A stretch of DNA of 58,796 nt, filler included, from Asterionella formosa (GCA_002256025.1; 8 parts of 8 records of this genome joined end to end with filler, not necessarily neighbours in it), one strand, 5' to 3'; shown: positions 23,591 to 36,747, counted from the whole stretch's first letter. Made by a program: numbers and translations. Notes: a model not told the origin generated them from the letters alone.

Positions 23591-25734
23591 ATGAGACAAC
23601 CGATCAAGACCTCGTGGACTATATCGGCTTTTTCGTTACTAGCGATGAGTCTTTTGACTTTTTCTGTGGCAATATGGACTGGCTCCTTTCAAGATGGTCA
23701 GCCCAGGACAGTCCTCAATCCTCGAAAGCTTCAAAGCAAGGAAAAAATCTCTGACGTACCCAACGATGACGCCAAGCGAGATGGAATCTGCAAGGAATAC
23801 CTTTATAACTTTCTCAATGGCACTACTGATGCCAAGGACGAGTGCGATGGGATGTTGAATGCCTTTCAAGCAGCAGATTGTGTCGATGACAAGAACATCT
23901 TCAAGTTTTATTTCGGGAAGAAGCACCGCGCGCATGTCTTGGATGACGACAATACCACTCAGGACGATGTGTTGATTGACGACTACGTGGAAAACTTTGA
24001 GTGCTGTTCGTCTATTTATTCGTTTTATTCCAAAAATTGCCGTCCGCCACAGTTGGCGTCATTTCGCTTGCTTGGAATTATGGGCATCTTGGTCATTTGC
24101 GGAATTGTCAAATCATTGATACGCACATTTCAACTAGAATGGATGCCTGATGCAGGCGCCTGCATACTTGTGGGTGCATTTGTGGGGGGTATTGTTACTC
24201 TCATTAATCCTCATTGTGAGTACTCTTCTTTTTGTGATGAGGTCTGTTGCTGTCGTTGCCTCGTGAGCTCACGTGTTAAGTTCGTTTTGAAGTAATCAAC
24301 GAGAAACTTACTTTTGATAATGACCTATTTCTGCACATTATGTTGCCTCCAATCATTTTTCAGTCGTCTCTGAACATTGATAAGCGGGCATTTCGACGCG
24401 ATCTATTCCCAATTCTTACCTTTGCTATTCTCGGAACTGTGTTTAGCGCTGTTGTGATAGGATTATTAACACACACTATCACATCTTGGGGACATGGAAC
24501 TACATTACCCTTGTTAGACTCACTGTTGTTTGGGTCTCTGATATCTTCCATTGATCCTGTTGCGACCTTGGGAATTCTCAGTGGTGTGGGACTTGGGCAG
24601 TCAGATACACTGTACACTTTGGTATTTGGTGAATCATTGCTTAATGACGGTGTTGCGATTGTTATGTTTGATACTTTGGTGAAACACTTGGGAGACGCAA
24701 CTGTAGTGAATAAGGCCACAATTCATGAATGCTTGACGTCGTTCTTAATGGTGACATTTTGCTCCATTGGTATTGGTCTGGCATGCGGCATCGTTTGTAC
24801 AGCCTACTTTTGGGCCCTAAGGAAGCGACACACTGCCGTGACTGAAGTTGCCATATTTTTTTGTTGGGCGCTGATTCCATTCTACATCAGTGACGGCGTT
24901 GGCTTCTCTGGTATTATTTCTATCATGACTATGGGTTTCTTTGTCGATTATTTTGTGATTGGAGGTTCACAATCAGAAGAAGAACAGTGGATGGCATACA
25001 TGGCCTTAAGAGATGCTAGTGAAGGATCGCAAACAAGAGGCAACTTCTCAAGAGCTTTCTCGGGTCGGGGGCACTTGTCATCTACATCGAAACACCATGT
25101 GGGATTTGTGGCAGAGGTGGTTGCATCCATAATGGAAACGGCCATATTTGCGTACCTCGGTGTCTTTCTTTTCAGCGACAAACACTTTTGGGACATGAGA
25201 TTGAATGCGACGGCTGTCTTTGGGTGTTTCGCAAGTCGTGGAGTCATGGTCATGATGTTCAGTATGGTTGTTAATTTCTTTGTGTGGCTTGATATCGAGA
25301 ACAGAATCTCGCGAGTTTGCTTCCCCCAAAGGTGGGTAAACGAAGATCGAGATTCGGCCGATTCCATGGGATCAACAGCCCCTCATGCATATTTAGACAG
25401 AGATACGCAGAAAATATTACTACTTGCTGGTGTGAGGGGAGCAGTGAGTTTTGCATTGGTCGAAAACATTCCTGTCTACGATGCTGTTCGGAAAACAGGA
25501 TCGCAAGTAAAAGCGGAACTGAAAGGAATGGCAGGCGCTTCGATTCTATTCACTGTTTTCGTATTTGGGGCCTTGACTCATTACGTCGTCAAGAAGATAA
25601 AGGAGGACGAAAGCGGAGCCAGAACAGGGACTCTTATACACCGACTTTTGGACACTCCGCTTGATTCAGACAACGAAGATGAAGTTAATGGTTCCTTCTT
25701 ACAGCTTGAGTCAACTGTATCAAATCAGAGCTAA
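23591..25734 (+). CDS. Na+/H+ exchanger (CPA1, NHX/NHE8-like), 2 exons (23591-24215, 24293-25734)
   Basis: Splice gives NPHLINEKLTFDNDLFLHIMLPPIIF; motifs ISSIDPVATL, FGESLLNDGVAIV, AGVRGAVSFAL; many TM segments. Confidence 0.92.
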
Positions 25735-25989
25735 GCGCAGATGGATCGATTACACTGCTGACGTTGGTATTTGACGCCTTTGACTCTGGGAGAAACAACA
25801 GTTCCTGTCACTCTACTTGACAAAGTCAGCGTAGGCGAAGCACATCTGAAGATAATTCTTACAACTTAGTGGTCGACTAAATTATTTGAGATGGTGAGTA
25901 TAATATGCGTAATTAAAGTAAAACAGAGGAAGATGCATTTTCTTTTGCAACGTGCTTTAATCCTTGATTAGTGTTCCATTATTACTGCG

Positions 25990-28373
25990 TTATTTGGGGT
26001 CATCCTTGCCATCACCGAGATTCTCAAATCCTGGCATAACTTTCCCCATTGGAACCAACAAAATTTTGCGCATTCCAGGCACATCGCCTTTCTTCTTGCA
26101 TTTCTCAAAGTTTCGAATTTCTTTCTTGGCCAAGGCTTTGCCCCAGAAGTTAGTTGCGGCATCCTTGTATTTGTCTCCGTTCGCGTTGGCATTTCCACCA
26201 GCAACGTCGAGAAGCTCAGAACCTTCCAACTCCTTTTCAAATGTCTTCTTTCTCGCAACAGCCTTCATTTCACGTTCAGAAGAGACACCCTGAACCGTGA
26301 CAACACCGTTAACAACATCCCATTCTTCTTTGCAAACGGACGAGTAGAATTCTTTGTTGTGGGAAATCATCAAGACAGACCCGCCCCACTCATTCAAAGC
26401 AGCGGACAGGGCTCCAAGAGCTTCTCGATCCAAATAGTTCGTCTGTATGCGAGAATTGCATAAGTAAGTCGGGTGAGTGTACATGTTTCGCGCATCAGTG
26501 TGGCACATGGAAATTGATACGTACAGGTTCATCCAACACCAACAGGTGGGGACAGTTCCACATGGCGGCAGCCAATACAAGCTTAACCTTTTGGCCTCCA
26601 GACAAACCGCGAATCTTTCCGTACGTTCCAAATTCCTGAGCCAAACCAAAGTCATCTAAATGCTTTTGAATTTCAGTGGTAGTTACAGGACGCAAGTCAA
26701 GTCCAGCTTCCTTGGCGGCAATTTTCTCATCCGTTTGCTTCAAGAGCTTCTCAAAACCCATGGCCAACAGTTCGTCGCGCGAGTAGTAACGATTGTCCTT
26801 TTCACGTGTATTCTTCTTGTGAATTTCGTACTCCATCACTCCACCCCGCATACGACGAGACCAGATGCCTGATAAATTAAACTCATCAATGGCACGCTGC
26901 TCCTGTTCATCAATTCTGAACCCTTCCGATTCCATCTTTTCACGGTCAAAGCCATCCTTAAAACGCCACTGTATATAATTGGCAGGACTGTCGTTAATGT
27001 GTTGTTCAACGTGATGGAAGGCATGTTGGGCGACATAGGCGACACGCAAGTTCGGGTGGATGTAGAATTTGGAGGCACCGCCAAGATTTGAAGGCTGAGT
27101 CTCGCCAACAATCATCTTGACCAAGGTAGTCTTTCCAGCGCCATTTGCACCTAGGACAGCAACACGGGACGAGAGGGACATTTTTAAGTTGACACCGGTC
27201 AACTGATTTTTAGTTGCGCCTTCATACCGAAAGTCAACATTTTCCATTTCCATAAATTTTTGCGTCGATGTCTTGACACCTTCCAAACGTCCTGGCTCAG
27301 GGAACTTGAATTTCAAGTCCGTGGTGGCCAATTCGAAGTAATGCTTGGCTTGGGGCTGCTTCTCAACAAATGCAGACATCGTACCCTTGTAGTTGACGAG
27401 CTTTCGGTGAGGACCCCATACATCACGTTGTTCATAGTGGATAATATCGGTACAAATGTTCTCCATGAATGGAACATCGTGACTGACAGTGATCACAGTG
27501 GTCCCAGTGAGGCCACACAGATAGTCTGTCAGCCACTTGACAGTCACTTTGTCGAGGTGATTTGTCTGTGAAAACGAAATGAATGAGCAATTGGATAAGT
27601 CTAATCTTTCTGTGACTTTGCACAGTCAGTGATGTGGAAAGTTTCTCGTTACTTACGGGTTCATCAAGCAAAAGAATGTCAGCTTGCAGTAATACGGCGC
27701 CAATGAGGCGCAGCTTCATTTGCCATCCTCCAGAAAGAGCCCCTATGGTACCGTCTTGCATATCAGGAGTGAATTTGAGGGTTTCCAGCATGGCTTTGCA
27801 ATCTGCCTCGTTTCTCTTCGTAGTTTGAATTAGGTACTCCAAGACGGGCTTGGCTTCGTGTACTGGATCGACGTTGGATCCTGAATCCACGTATGCTGTG
27901 ATCAAGTGGTTGGGCCATCCATCGAGCTTACCTGCGCAAATGGCAGTCATGAGAGTAGTTTTCCCAGCACCATTCTGGCCAATGAGACCGTATCGATGAC
28001 CACGAAGCAAGCGAAGCTTGGTCTGATGCAATAGAATTTTGCCTCCATAGGCGAGGTTGAATCTAATGTTCGTGAGCTCCTCCGCACCATCATCGTTGTC
28101 GCCATATGACTCGGCGTCGTCATCCTCAACCGTGGAAGCCTGCGTGGCCGCTCGCATGCCCTCCACCAAATCAGTTGTGTCGCCGACAACATCCATCAAG
28201 TACGGAGCCAGCGCTGCTTCCCAGACTTGGGCGTCGAATTGAAATGAATCTGCCAAGCCCGCAGCCAAGAATGCGACGTATCCGAGAACTTCTGGGCCCA
28301 TTTCTTCTTCCGAGACACCATCGCAGTTGCGAAGAATGGAGAGAATGCCTTGGGGTGGTTCGAGCAACGACAT
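25990..28373 (-). CDS. ABC-F ATPase of the eEF3/New1 type, 3 exons (28373-27657, 27565-26525, 26442-25990), about 736 aa
   Basis: Two ABC domains (GQNGAGKTT/LSGGWQMK/LLLDEP; GANGAGKTT/LSGGQKVKL/LVLDEP); YVAQHAFHH and a chromodomain-like insert (WSRRMRGGVMEYEI) in ABC2; no TM segments. Confidence 0.9.
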
Positions 28374-29391
28374 GGTGGAAACCTAAAGTGCAATGAAAAG
28401 GACAACTGCCAGAAGGCGGATGTTAGTGAGAACCATTCCATTGCCAGCACGGGCGACAAGGCCCTCTGGACCCGAGCTGCAATCTCATCTACCTACCGGT
28501 AAGTCAAAGGGAGATCGAGAGTCTGAGATGGCTGAGTGATGTACGATATACAGAAAACAACGATGAATCCTGTCGACCCGATCGAATCTCAGCCATAAAT
28601 TGGCCAGCACGCACACGGCGTCAAAACTGATGTGAGAAAGCGAACAAAACCAGCAAGTCGCCGTCATTCCCGCCGAATGACGAATGGCCTTGGTGCATCG
28701 TTGACTAACTACCGGTAGTACCTGGTACCGTAAGGGGATGAAATAATGCTACACACACACAATACCGGTATATCACTACGGATATGATACATTTGCTTTT
28801 ATGCATGATTGTTACATATTACCGGTACACCAGGTAGAGGTACATGTATAAAATCGAGCCCTTGCCTCGTTCTATTTAGAGGATAGCAACAATTTTGCCT
28901 TGCTTTCCCACAAATAGAGGACTGGTCAACATTAAAAATTTATTTGTGACAATGTGATTGCAGGTATAAAGGATATGCTTTCCAGGAGCGCACTACGTAT
29001 CATAAGCTAGTGTCAGCACTTAATTTGCCAACAGGCTTTTAAGATCAGGTTCACCATGTCGATGAAAAATGGTTATATGTTCACAAGGTCAAACAGCAAT
29101 TCTACTTGACTGAGGGAGAGAGGGGATCCATTCTTAGAACTAAACACAAGGATCACATTGAAAATTTGATTTTTCTCTCCGCCATTGCTCACTCCAGATA
29201 GTATGACGAAAATCGAGTGTGCACGTTCTATGCACGGCAAGATTGGTATATGGCCCTTCATTCAGCAGACTCCAGCGCTTAGGAAGCCGATAAACGACCA
29301 GCAGGGACAATGATAATGACGAATTTACAGGTTACAAAGCAAGCAGAGCTATGCAGACACAATCATCAACAATGCAATTCCAGTGATTTGG

Positions 29392-29491
29392 NNNNNNNNN
29401 NNNNNNNNNNNNNNNNNNNNNNNNNNNNNNNNNNNTTAATTAATTAANNNNNNNNNNNNNNNNNNNNNNNNNNNNNNNNNNNNNNNNNNNN
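29392..29491. other. Artificial contig linker
   Basis: 100 nt of N with central TTAATTAATTAA. Confidence 0.97.
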
Positions 29492-29843
29492 ACGACACCA
29501 ATCACCGTGGTGACCAGCAGCCGCCATTCCCTCTCCATGCACCTCCTATTGCTGTGGTTGTTGTTACTGCACCTCCTCCTGTTGCTATTCCCTCTCCTTC
29601 TACAACTGCTACTGCCGAGGATCCACCATTCCGTGATGAAGTTTGAGACTCCGCCAGCAAGTAATTGGATGCAAAGAAGCTCGAGATTTATATAATGCAT
29701 CAGAAGAATTCTCCGACGATGATGCTGCCCTGCAAAAGTGTAAAACGTAAAGTAATAAGAAAATAATTTTTGTAGTATTAACGGAGTAAAAATAAACACG
29801 GTTTGGGGGTAAAATATATACATGTACAGATAGAAAAATATGC

Positions 29844-30044
29844 ACTGTAAGCCACCGCTATGCAATAATCTTAGTGACTTTGGAAAAATTATTTCTTCAT
29901 CGCTAGATACACTGAATCAAAACTGATTCCTTAATAGTATAGCAGAGAGCATTGTCTAACATAAGCTTTGTACTTGCGTCAAGTTTTGATCGTTGAATTA
30001 CATAAATATTTTTAGTCGAAAGATAGAGTACAGTTTTTAAGTGG
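29844..30044. mobile_element. Internally deleted relative of the 12703-13970 TIR element
   Basis: ACTGTAAGCCACCGCTATG matches 12713-12731; 29880-30044 aligns with 13810-13970 and ends CAGTTTTTAAGTGG|TA. Confidence 0.7.
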
Positions 30045-30262
30045 TACCCAAATATCAGCATTTGGGGTTATCTCGTTTTCAGTGATGATGGACAATCGTC
30101 AACCTCAACCAGCCATCAACTTATATATTTTTTCTGCGTGATGGTGTAATGAAAATTTCGTGGTGCATTTGTTGATGCTTGACTTAGAGATCTCTTGTAC
30201 ATACTTTATTTATTATTGTCTATCAAAGAAAGGTCTATCTACTGTCATCTCATAATAGTACC

Positions 30263-31801
30263 ATGGCCGGCTACAACAAAATCCTTCAGAGAATCTCCGC
30301 TATGCTATTCGCCATCATTGCCTGCGTATCAACAAGCGCCTTGAGTGTCTCCTCGATCATGTTGCCTGATGATACTTGGCCATCATCCTCGCCCACTGTT
30401 ACTGCCACTACCACTGCCACTGCAACTGCTGCTATTCAAAGAAACAAAGCCTACTATGCGACAGCCATCATACTTAATACGAACGCTCGATCTGTCACAA
30501 AGGAAATGGAACCATTGGCGCAATCTATTTTCGGACGAGAACATGTGTTTTTAACAGCTACTCCAGAGGAAGCACGACGTGCTGCCAAGGCAACGCTGCC
30601 TTATAAATTAGTCATTCCAGTAGGTGGCGATGGAACACTGAGCAGTCTTGTCAATGAAATGTGTCAAGAATTGGTGTCATCATCGTCACCACCATTAACG
30701 ATGGGTGACGCGATGAAACAATTGCCACTTTTTGGTTACATTCCAATGGGAACTGGGAATGGCGTTGGATCTGTTGTTGGGTGTCGACTTGGACGAAGAA
30801 AAGGATTGTCAATATTCTTTCGTTCTAAAAAGCGACACCGATTGCGTCAATTGAAGCAGGTTATGGAATTGCTCCATGAGGTGGGGCAAACGTTGGTACG
30901 GAGCGAAAACAACAACACCAAAACAGAAGCGCCGGTTGTTGACAATTATTCAATTGTCAACATGCCAATGATACAAATACAATCGCATTATAAGGATGAA
31001 TTACTCGCATCATCAGCAGCAGCAACGACTGCATCTAACAATTCTTCCGGTGCATTGTGTTTCTTTGCTGGAGTTGGTTTTGATTCGCTCATGTTGAATG
31101 ATTTTAAAACACTCAAGGCGTGGTCACAACGAACGGGGATACTCAAACGAGCTTTGGGCTCAGTGACGGGGTATTGTATTGCATTAGTTACCATGACTCT
31201 ACCTCAATGTGTGCTACAAAATAAACACAAGATTCATGTCCAACTTACCACGAGATGCCAACAAGGTACACTGTGGATTGATCACCGTCGTGGCGATTTC
31301 GCTGAAGCTGTTGGCAGCGGCACCAGCGGCACCAGCAGCTGTGACATAAATGGCGGTGATACCTCTGGCGACAAAGAAAACACAGCAACACAAGCAACAC
31401 TGTTATATCAAGGGCCAGCAGGTATTTTGGCAGCAGGAACGTCTCCCTTTTATGGTGGCGGGTTGCGTCTCTTCCCATTTGCTAGACTGTATCAAGATAA
31501 GATGCACTTGAGATTGGGACGTATCCATCCAATCAAGGGCTTCCTTAATATTCCCAAAATATTTGAAGGGAGCTACAGAGATGAAGACTTTGGCTGCTTG
31601 GACTTTGTTGGAAATGACTTCGACATTGAAGTCAGACAGGATAATGAGATCCAGAAGAAGGGTGGGTATCCATTTCAGCACTCTGGAGAGAGTGCAGGTC
31701 ATTTTGAACGATTCCGACTACGCCTGGAGAATGAGCCTGTACGATTCGTCAGCTTTCTACCAAGGCGAGTGATCAACGCTGACAAAACAATAATTTCTTG
31801 A
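30263..31801 (+). CDS. Diacylglycerol kinase catalytic-domain (DAGKc/YegS-like) lipid kinase
   Basis: Intact 512-aa ORF with ILNTNA, VGGDGT, IPMGTGN, FAGVGFD and PFYGGG motifs; N-terminal signal peptide. Confidence 0.88.
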   Translation: MAGYNKILQRISAMLFAIIACVSTSALSVSSIMLPDDTWPSSSPTVTATTTATATAAIQRNKAYYATAIILNTNARSVTKEMEPLAQSIFGREHVFLTATPEEARRAAKATLPYKLVIPVGGDGTLSSLVNEMCQELVSSSSPPLTMGDAMKQLPLFGYIPMGTGNGVGSVVGCRLGRRKGLSIFFRSKKRHRLRQLKQVMELLHEVGQTLVRSENNNTKTEAPVVDNYSIVNMPMIQIQSHYKDELLASSAAATTASNNSSGALCFFAGVGFDSLMLNDFKTLKAWSQRTGILKRALGSVTGYCIALVTMTLPQCVLQNKHKIHVQLTTRCQQGTLWIDHRRGDFAEAVGSGTSGTSSCDINGGDTSGDKENTATQATLLYQGPAGILAAGTSPFYGGGLRLFPFARLYQDKMHLRLGRIHPIKGFLNIPKIFEGSYRDEDFGCLDFVGNDFDIEVRQDNEIQKKGGYPFQHSGESAGHFERFRLRLENEPVRFVSFLPRRVINADKTIIS

Positions 31802-31900
31802 ATGATGCTCGATAAAGTAATAAGGTAGCTATAGAACTTGATGCTATGTATCTGTTGTGGTCTTCTAGAAGATGGGGGGGGTGTGGGGGANNNNNNNNNN

Positions 31901-31916
31901 CCCTCCCTTCCCCTCG

Positions 31917-31960
<44 letters not shown>
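31901..31960. repeat. Poly-C run beside a 10-N scaffold gap
   Basis: About 44 consecutive C next to Ns; probably a sequencing or assembly artefact. Confidence 0.7.
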
Positions 31961-31985
31961 TTCCATTCATCAGTTTTAGAATCGA

Positions 31986-34900
31986 TGAAAGAATCATTCT
32001 CCAGCACCAATACCCCGCACCAAAACTATCTATTGGAGATGGTGTTGTTGCAATTGTGGACTCAGCAACTCTTTCCTCCCAAGCTAATATTTGAGTATTC
32101 AGTACTGATTAATCCAGTCGAAACAGCTCTTGACTTGATAAAGTCATTGTGATTACTGAAATCCTGAAATCAAGATGTATGTTCGTCTTCATTAACATTA
32201 GTTCAAATATTTCTTCACTGGAAATAGTCTTTCTCTGTATAATATTGATGACTTGTACATTGATGGAATGCTGTTAACCCTAACTCAAATCATCCTAGAT
32301 TTTGTCACTCTCCTCATTCCAGCAATCCATTGTCCCATTGAGCATTTTATGTGCATGGGAATCATGGATTTTCTAAGTTATGTTCTTTGACAGCAGTTCT
32401 GCAGGGTTTTTCAATGTATTTACATATTGAACAAGGATGTTACCATCTTCAATTTTCTCTCTGATAAAATGGTACATATTGAACAAGGATGTTACCATCT
32501 TCAATTTTTTCTCTGATAAAATGGTACCTGACATCAATATGTTTGGTTCTTGCACCAACTTGTTTGTTTCTTGAGAGAAAAATCGCTCCAGTATTATCCT
32601 CCAAAATTATGCTTGGTAAGACAACATGATCGATCTCATTCAACAAGTTGGATGTAAAAGTCGTTTCTTTAGATCCATCGCTGAGACCCACGTATTCAGC
32701 TTCAGTGCTCGAAACAGTAACGATGTTCTGCCCTTTTGAAATCCAATTGATCAATGCAGTTCCACCAATTTTACCCAAGTAGGCACTAGTGCTCTTTTTT
32801 ATGTCCTTATTGTCGCCAAATGACGTGTCAACAAAATCCTGTGGACGTAACTCAATTGAAGTTCTCAATTTTAATTTCCTGTTTATGATATCCGCACGTA
32901 GATATCCCAAAAGACGTTCTATGGCCATCCAGTGTGGCTTGTTGGGACTCTCCAAATTTTGAGACAATTCTCTGCATGCATTTGCACAAACCGGAGAGAC
33001 TTTCTTGACAAAGTAGAATATTTTCCCAACCATTGAGCGGTACTCTGAGTGTAGGACAATTTCTCCATCTGTATTCTTTCTTAGCTAGGCTTGATCCAGG
33101 TACTGCCGGTGTGCTTGCACTCTTGGGGAGGCGTCCAAATAGATCTTTAAAATTTTCAAACATTCCCTGGACGAAATCTTCCATGTTCGATTCCAGGTAG
33201 CGTCCATCTCTATCATGTCCCCATTTATACCAGACACCAAGGTGTTTATTTAGCTGTCCAAGTTCCTTAATTGTAAAATAATCCTTTATTTCTCTCTTGA
33301 AGGCAAGAATGTCTGATGGCTTTCCGGCAATCGCGCAATCATCAACATGTGTCCCAACCAATAAAATTAATTTATTGTCCCTTTTGAGGTAGAACACACA
33401 AGGATCCACCTTACTCTGGGTCATTCCCATATTCAGCAGACATTGGACAAGCTTCTTGATCCATTGCAAAGCAGCTTGGACAGTACCATACATAGCTTTG
33501 TCCAATAGGATGCAGAAGGTCTGCAATTCTTGTTCAATGACTTATCCAAATTCTTTAACTCCCTCAGGCCATTCAATGTAGATATATTCATCCATATCTG
33601 CTTCAAGGAATGCTGCTTCCACATCAATGACTTCACAAATCCAGCATTCTTCAGGTTTGTTGTGTCCATCATGGTATAGTGTGATAGCAGAAATGGTTTG
33701 CATAGCAGAATCCATGGCAACAGGTGCAAAGGAGTCTGTGAAGTCAACTCCAGGAATCTGGACATAGCCTTTGACCACAACTCTTCCTTTGAATCTGGTT
33801 GATAAATCTTGTTCTTGATTCTTTTTAAATACCCAACGTGTTCCCAGAGGTTTCCTTCCAGTTTGTTCCTGGGGAATTTCTTCCACACCCCTTTTTTGTA
33901 GAAGTTGTCAATTTCCGCCGTTTTGATCGCAATAATACATTTTTCACGTTCTGGATCGTTCATTGCAGCTTTGTAGGATTTCGGTTCTCCAGGACCAGAG
34001 GCTAGTGTTGTGCTGTAGATTAGATGGACTTACATTGGTGCATCTTCTTCATCTGCAACTTCATTTTCGTCCTCAGGGTGGCCGGCAGTTTTAGGAGTTT
34101 GGTCAGAGGAAAGTTTTAAAGCTCTCCCAGCTCCTTTAGGTAGGAAATCGTTCCATGCAATGCGTTTGAATTCACGCTCAAGTTTTGTGGTTGAAGTTTT
34201 AGAAATATCACTTCCTTGCCCACCTGTTTCTGAAACATCAAAGGTAACTTGTTGATGTCTGGGTGCCAATAGTGGCATTTCTTCATTAGGTGCGGCGTTT
34301 GTAGGAGTGTTTATGACATCCTCAGACGCATCATCATTATGCAGTTCATAGTCTTGTGCATCTTCCATTTGGGATTCATCAATAGCGAGTGCGTCTGCAT
34401 TACTGGTAAATGTGGACATATTGGCTGTTGGATTGCATATTCCATACCAGGTGACCCATCGGATATTTCTGCTGTTAATTACCTTTTTTGTCACAGGGTT
34501 GTACATCCGGTAGGTATCGCCAGCATGATCATCGGAGTATCCAATCATGACACATTTAAATGCCTTGGGGTCTAGTTTCTTTTGTTTTTGTCCAAGGGTG
34601 ACATATCCGATGCGACCAAATTCAATAAGATTCCTGTAGATCATAGGTTGTTTGTTGTAGAATTTCCAGTCAGGACATTTTGAGCCACTGGAATTGGACA
34701 CAATATTTGTGAGTCTTGTGTGTGTGTTGGCAGCTTCCGCCCAGAGTGTTCCTTGAGCCTTTTCGGAGAATTTCGCTTTTATCATCATGGCGGCAGAGCT
34801 GCAGTCATGTATGGTCACAAATTTACGTTCAACAATACCGTTCTGCTGAGGTGTGTAGGGGGCAGTTATTTCGATAGCAAGTCCATGTTTCTCGCATAGC

Positions 34901-36243
34901 TCAGTTTATGCCTTAACATTTTCGCCACCATTGTCACATCGAAGTTTCTTGAGGATATAATTAGCACTCTTCAACTTGATGACAAGGTTTTCGACAATTT
35001 TCGACATTTCACTTTTCTTCTTAACAAAGAAGCTCCATGCTTTGCTCCCATAGTCATCTACAACAAGGACCCAATAATTGCTTCCAATGATAGACTTTTT
35101 GTAGGGCCCGCTGATGTCAGTACACAAATGCTCACCTGCATGAGTTGCTCTTGTTGTAGAGAACTTTGGTACTGCTTTGGCGTTAGCCTTGGCGAGTGCG
35201 CACCCTTCACAAGGTGTGAGACTGCCTGTGGCTTCGATATTCAGCATCTTCAATGTAGCTCGTAGTGCCACCTCACCAATGTGTCCGAATTTATCATGTG
35301 CCTCATTGATATCAATTTTGATTTTCTTAGCAGGTGTGATAAGTGGTGGTGGTTGCATGGTAGTTGTACTAGTCATGACGGTTTCAGTAGTACCAAGGTC
35401 ACGTGTGCCTTCAAAGTAGTACAGGAGCTCGTTGCCTTCTGATTTAAATTCAATGTTCTCGAGTTCATTTGTCTTACTTAGACGGAGCGTCTGTCCTTTT
35501 ATACTGACTTCGTAGTCTGATTTCTGTACAAAGACTCCGATACTCACAATATTCTTGTGGAAAAGCGGAGTATATAGGACTTTTTTCAAATGAAGGGTCT
35601 TTCCATTGCTCGATGTCACCAAAACGTCACCTCGTTTTGTGCATAGCACTTCCTTTCCATCACCAGCAATCATGCGCACCTTGAACTTTTCAACGTTTGT
35701 CATACCAAGTTCACTGGATGTAATATGACTGGTGGCTCCAGTGTTGGCCAACCATTGTTCTTCTCCTCCACACGATACACAATACTCAAAATCATTATTA
35801 TTATTATTATTATTATTATCAGAAATAAATTTCGAAACGATGGATCTCTTCCTCTTCAGCTTCGACAGCACAACCGACACAAAACGACTTCTCCTTCTTG
35901 TCAGCAGTCTTCTTCTTTTTCTCCTCAGGGCAGTCGTTGGCGATGTGACCAGCAAATTTTTTGCAGTTGAAACACTTTATGCCTTTTCCGGTCTTCTCTC
36001 CATCCGCTTTTGATCCTTTAGAACGACAATCCGCCGATTTGTGTACTTGCTTTCCGCAGTTGCGACAAAGACCTTTGAACTTTCCTCCTGCAAATAGGGC
36101 TATCTCGTTAGATGACTTTTCAGTTTTGAACTTGCGCTTGTAGAAAGCCCGGATTTTGGCCTTCAATTCTGTTAGAGTGATTGCCGTCATTCCTTCCACA
36201 ACTGTGATCACCTCACTTAACTCAGAAGGAAGCTTGTCAATTA
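31986..36243 (-). mobile_element. Degenerate Ty1/Copia LTR retrotransposon (partial gag, PR, INT, RT, RNase H, PPT, probable 3' LTR)
   Basis: Two CCHC knuckles, WLANTGATSH protease site, AHDKFGH, LCTDISGP, LRCDNGGE, GTRWVF, DVEAAFL, HVDDC, SSTEAEY, RTKHIDVRYHFIRE in Copia order; purine tract GGAATGAGGAGAG then TGACA at 32307. Frameshifts present; distal LTR end approximate. Confidence 0.92.
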
Positions 36244-36438
36244 CATCTAAGCCGCGTATTACGTGAAGTGACCATCACGTAAATAAGCCTAGTTGATTTT
36301 GAATGGATCACATGAATTAGTTGAATACATCAAAATGCTTACTTGAATATATCTATATATTATCTGAATACATCACGTTAATTGTTCGATCAGTGTATCA
36401 TGCATGCATTCCTGATCATCACTATATTACGTGATCAC

Positions 36439-36509
36439 CTTCACATAATTATTTGAAATACTTCACATAATTATTTGAAATACTTCACATAATTATTTGA
36501 AATACTTCA
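36439..36509. repeat. 22-bp tandem repeat CTTCACATAATTATTTGAAATA x3
   Basis: Perfect units inside an AT-rich tract rich in TCACRTAAT motifs. Confidence 0.88.
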
Positions 36510-36747
36510 ATTAATTCTGTAATTCAGTTCACATTGCCTTAAATTTTTGTTCACGTAATTCTATAATATGGTTCACGTAATTTATTAAATTTTTTTACGT
36601 ATTTTATAAGTACTATCAAATAATGTTGATTACTAATTCAACAACCGGTATATCACATTACATGGGAAACAAATCTCGATATGCAATCAAACGAAGCAGT
36701 TTTTTCAGAATGGCATCTTCAGTCTTGAGAAGGCAGGCATTATGAGA

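Noticed and set aside
29492..29720. Pro/Thr-rich coding-like fragment at a contig start (similar fragment at 44020-44097)
   Set aside because: Too short and low in complexity to call.
31699..32152. Poly-Pro/poly-Gly ORFs
   Set aside because: They derive from a poly-C run beside an N gap, probably artefactual.
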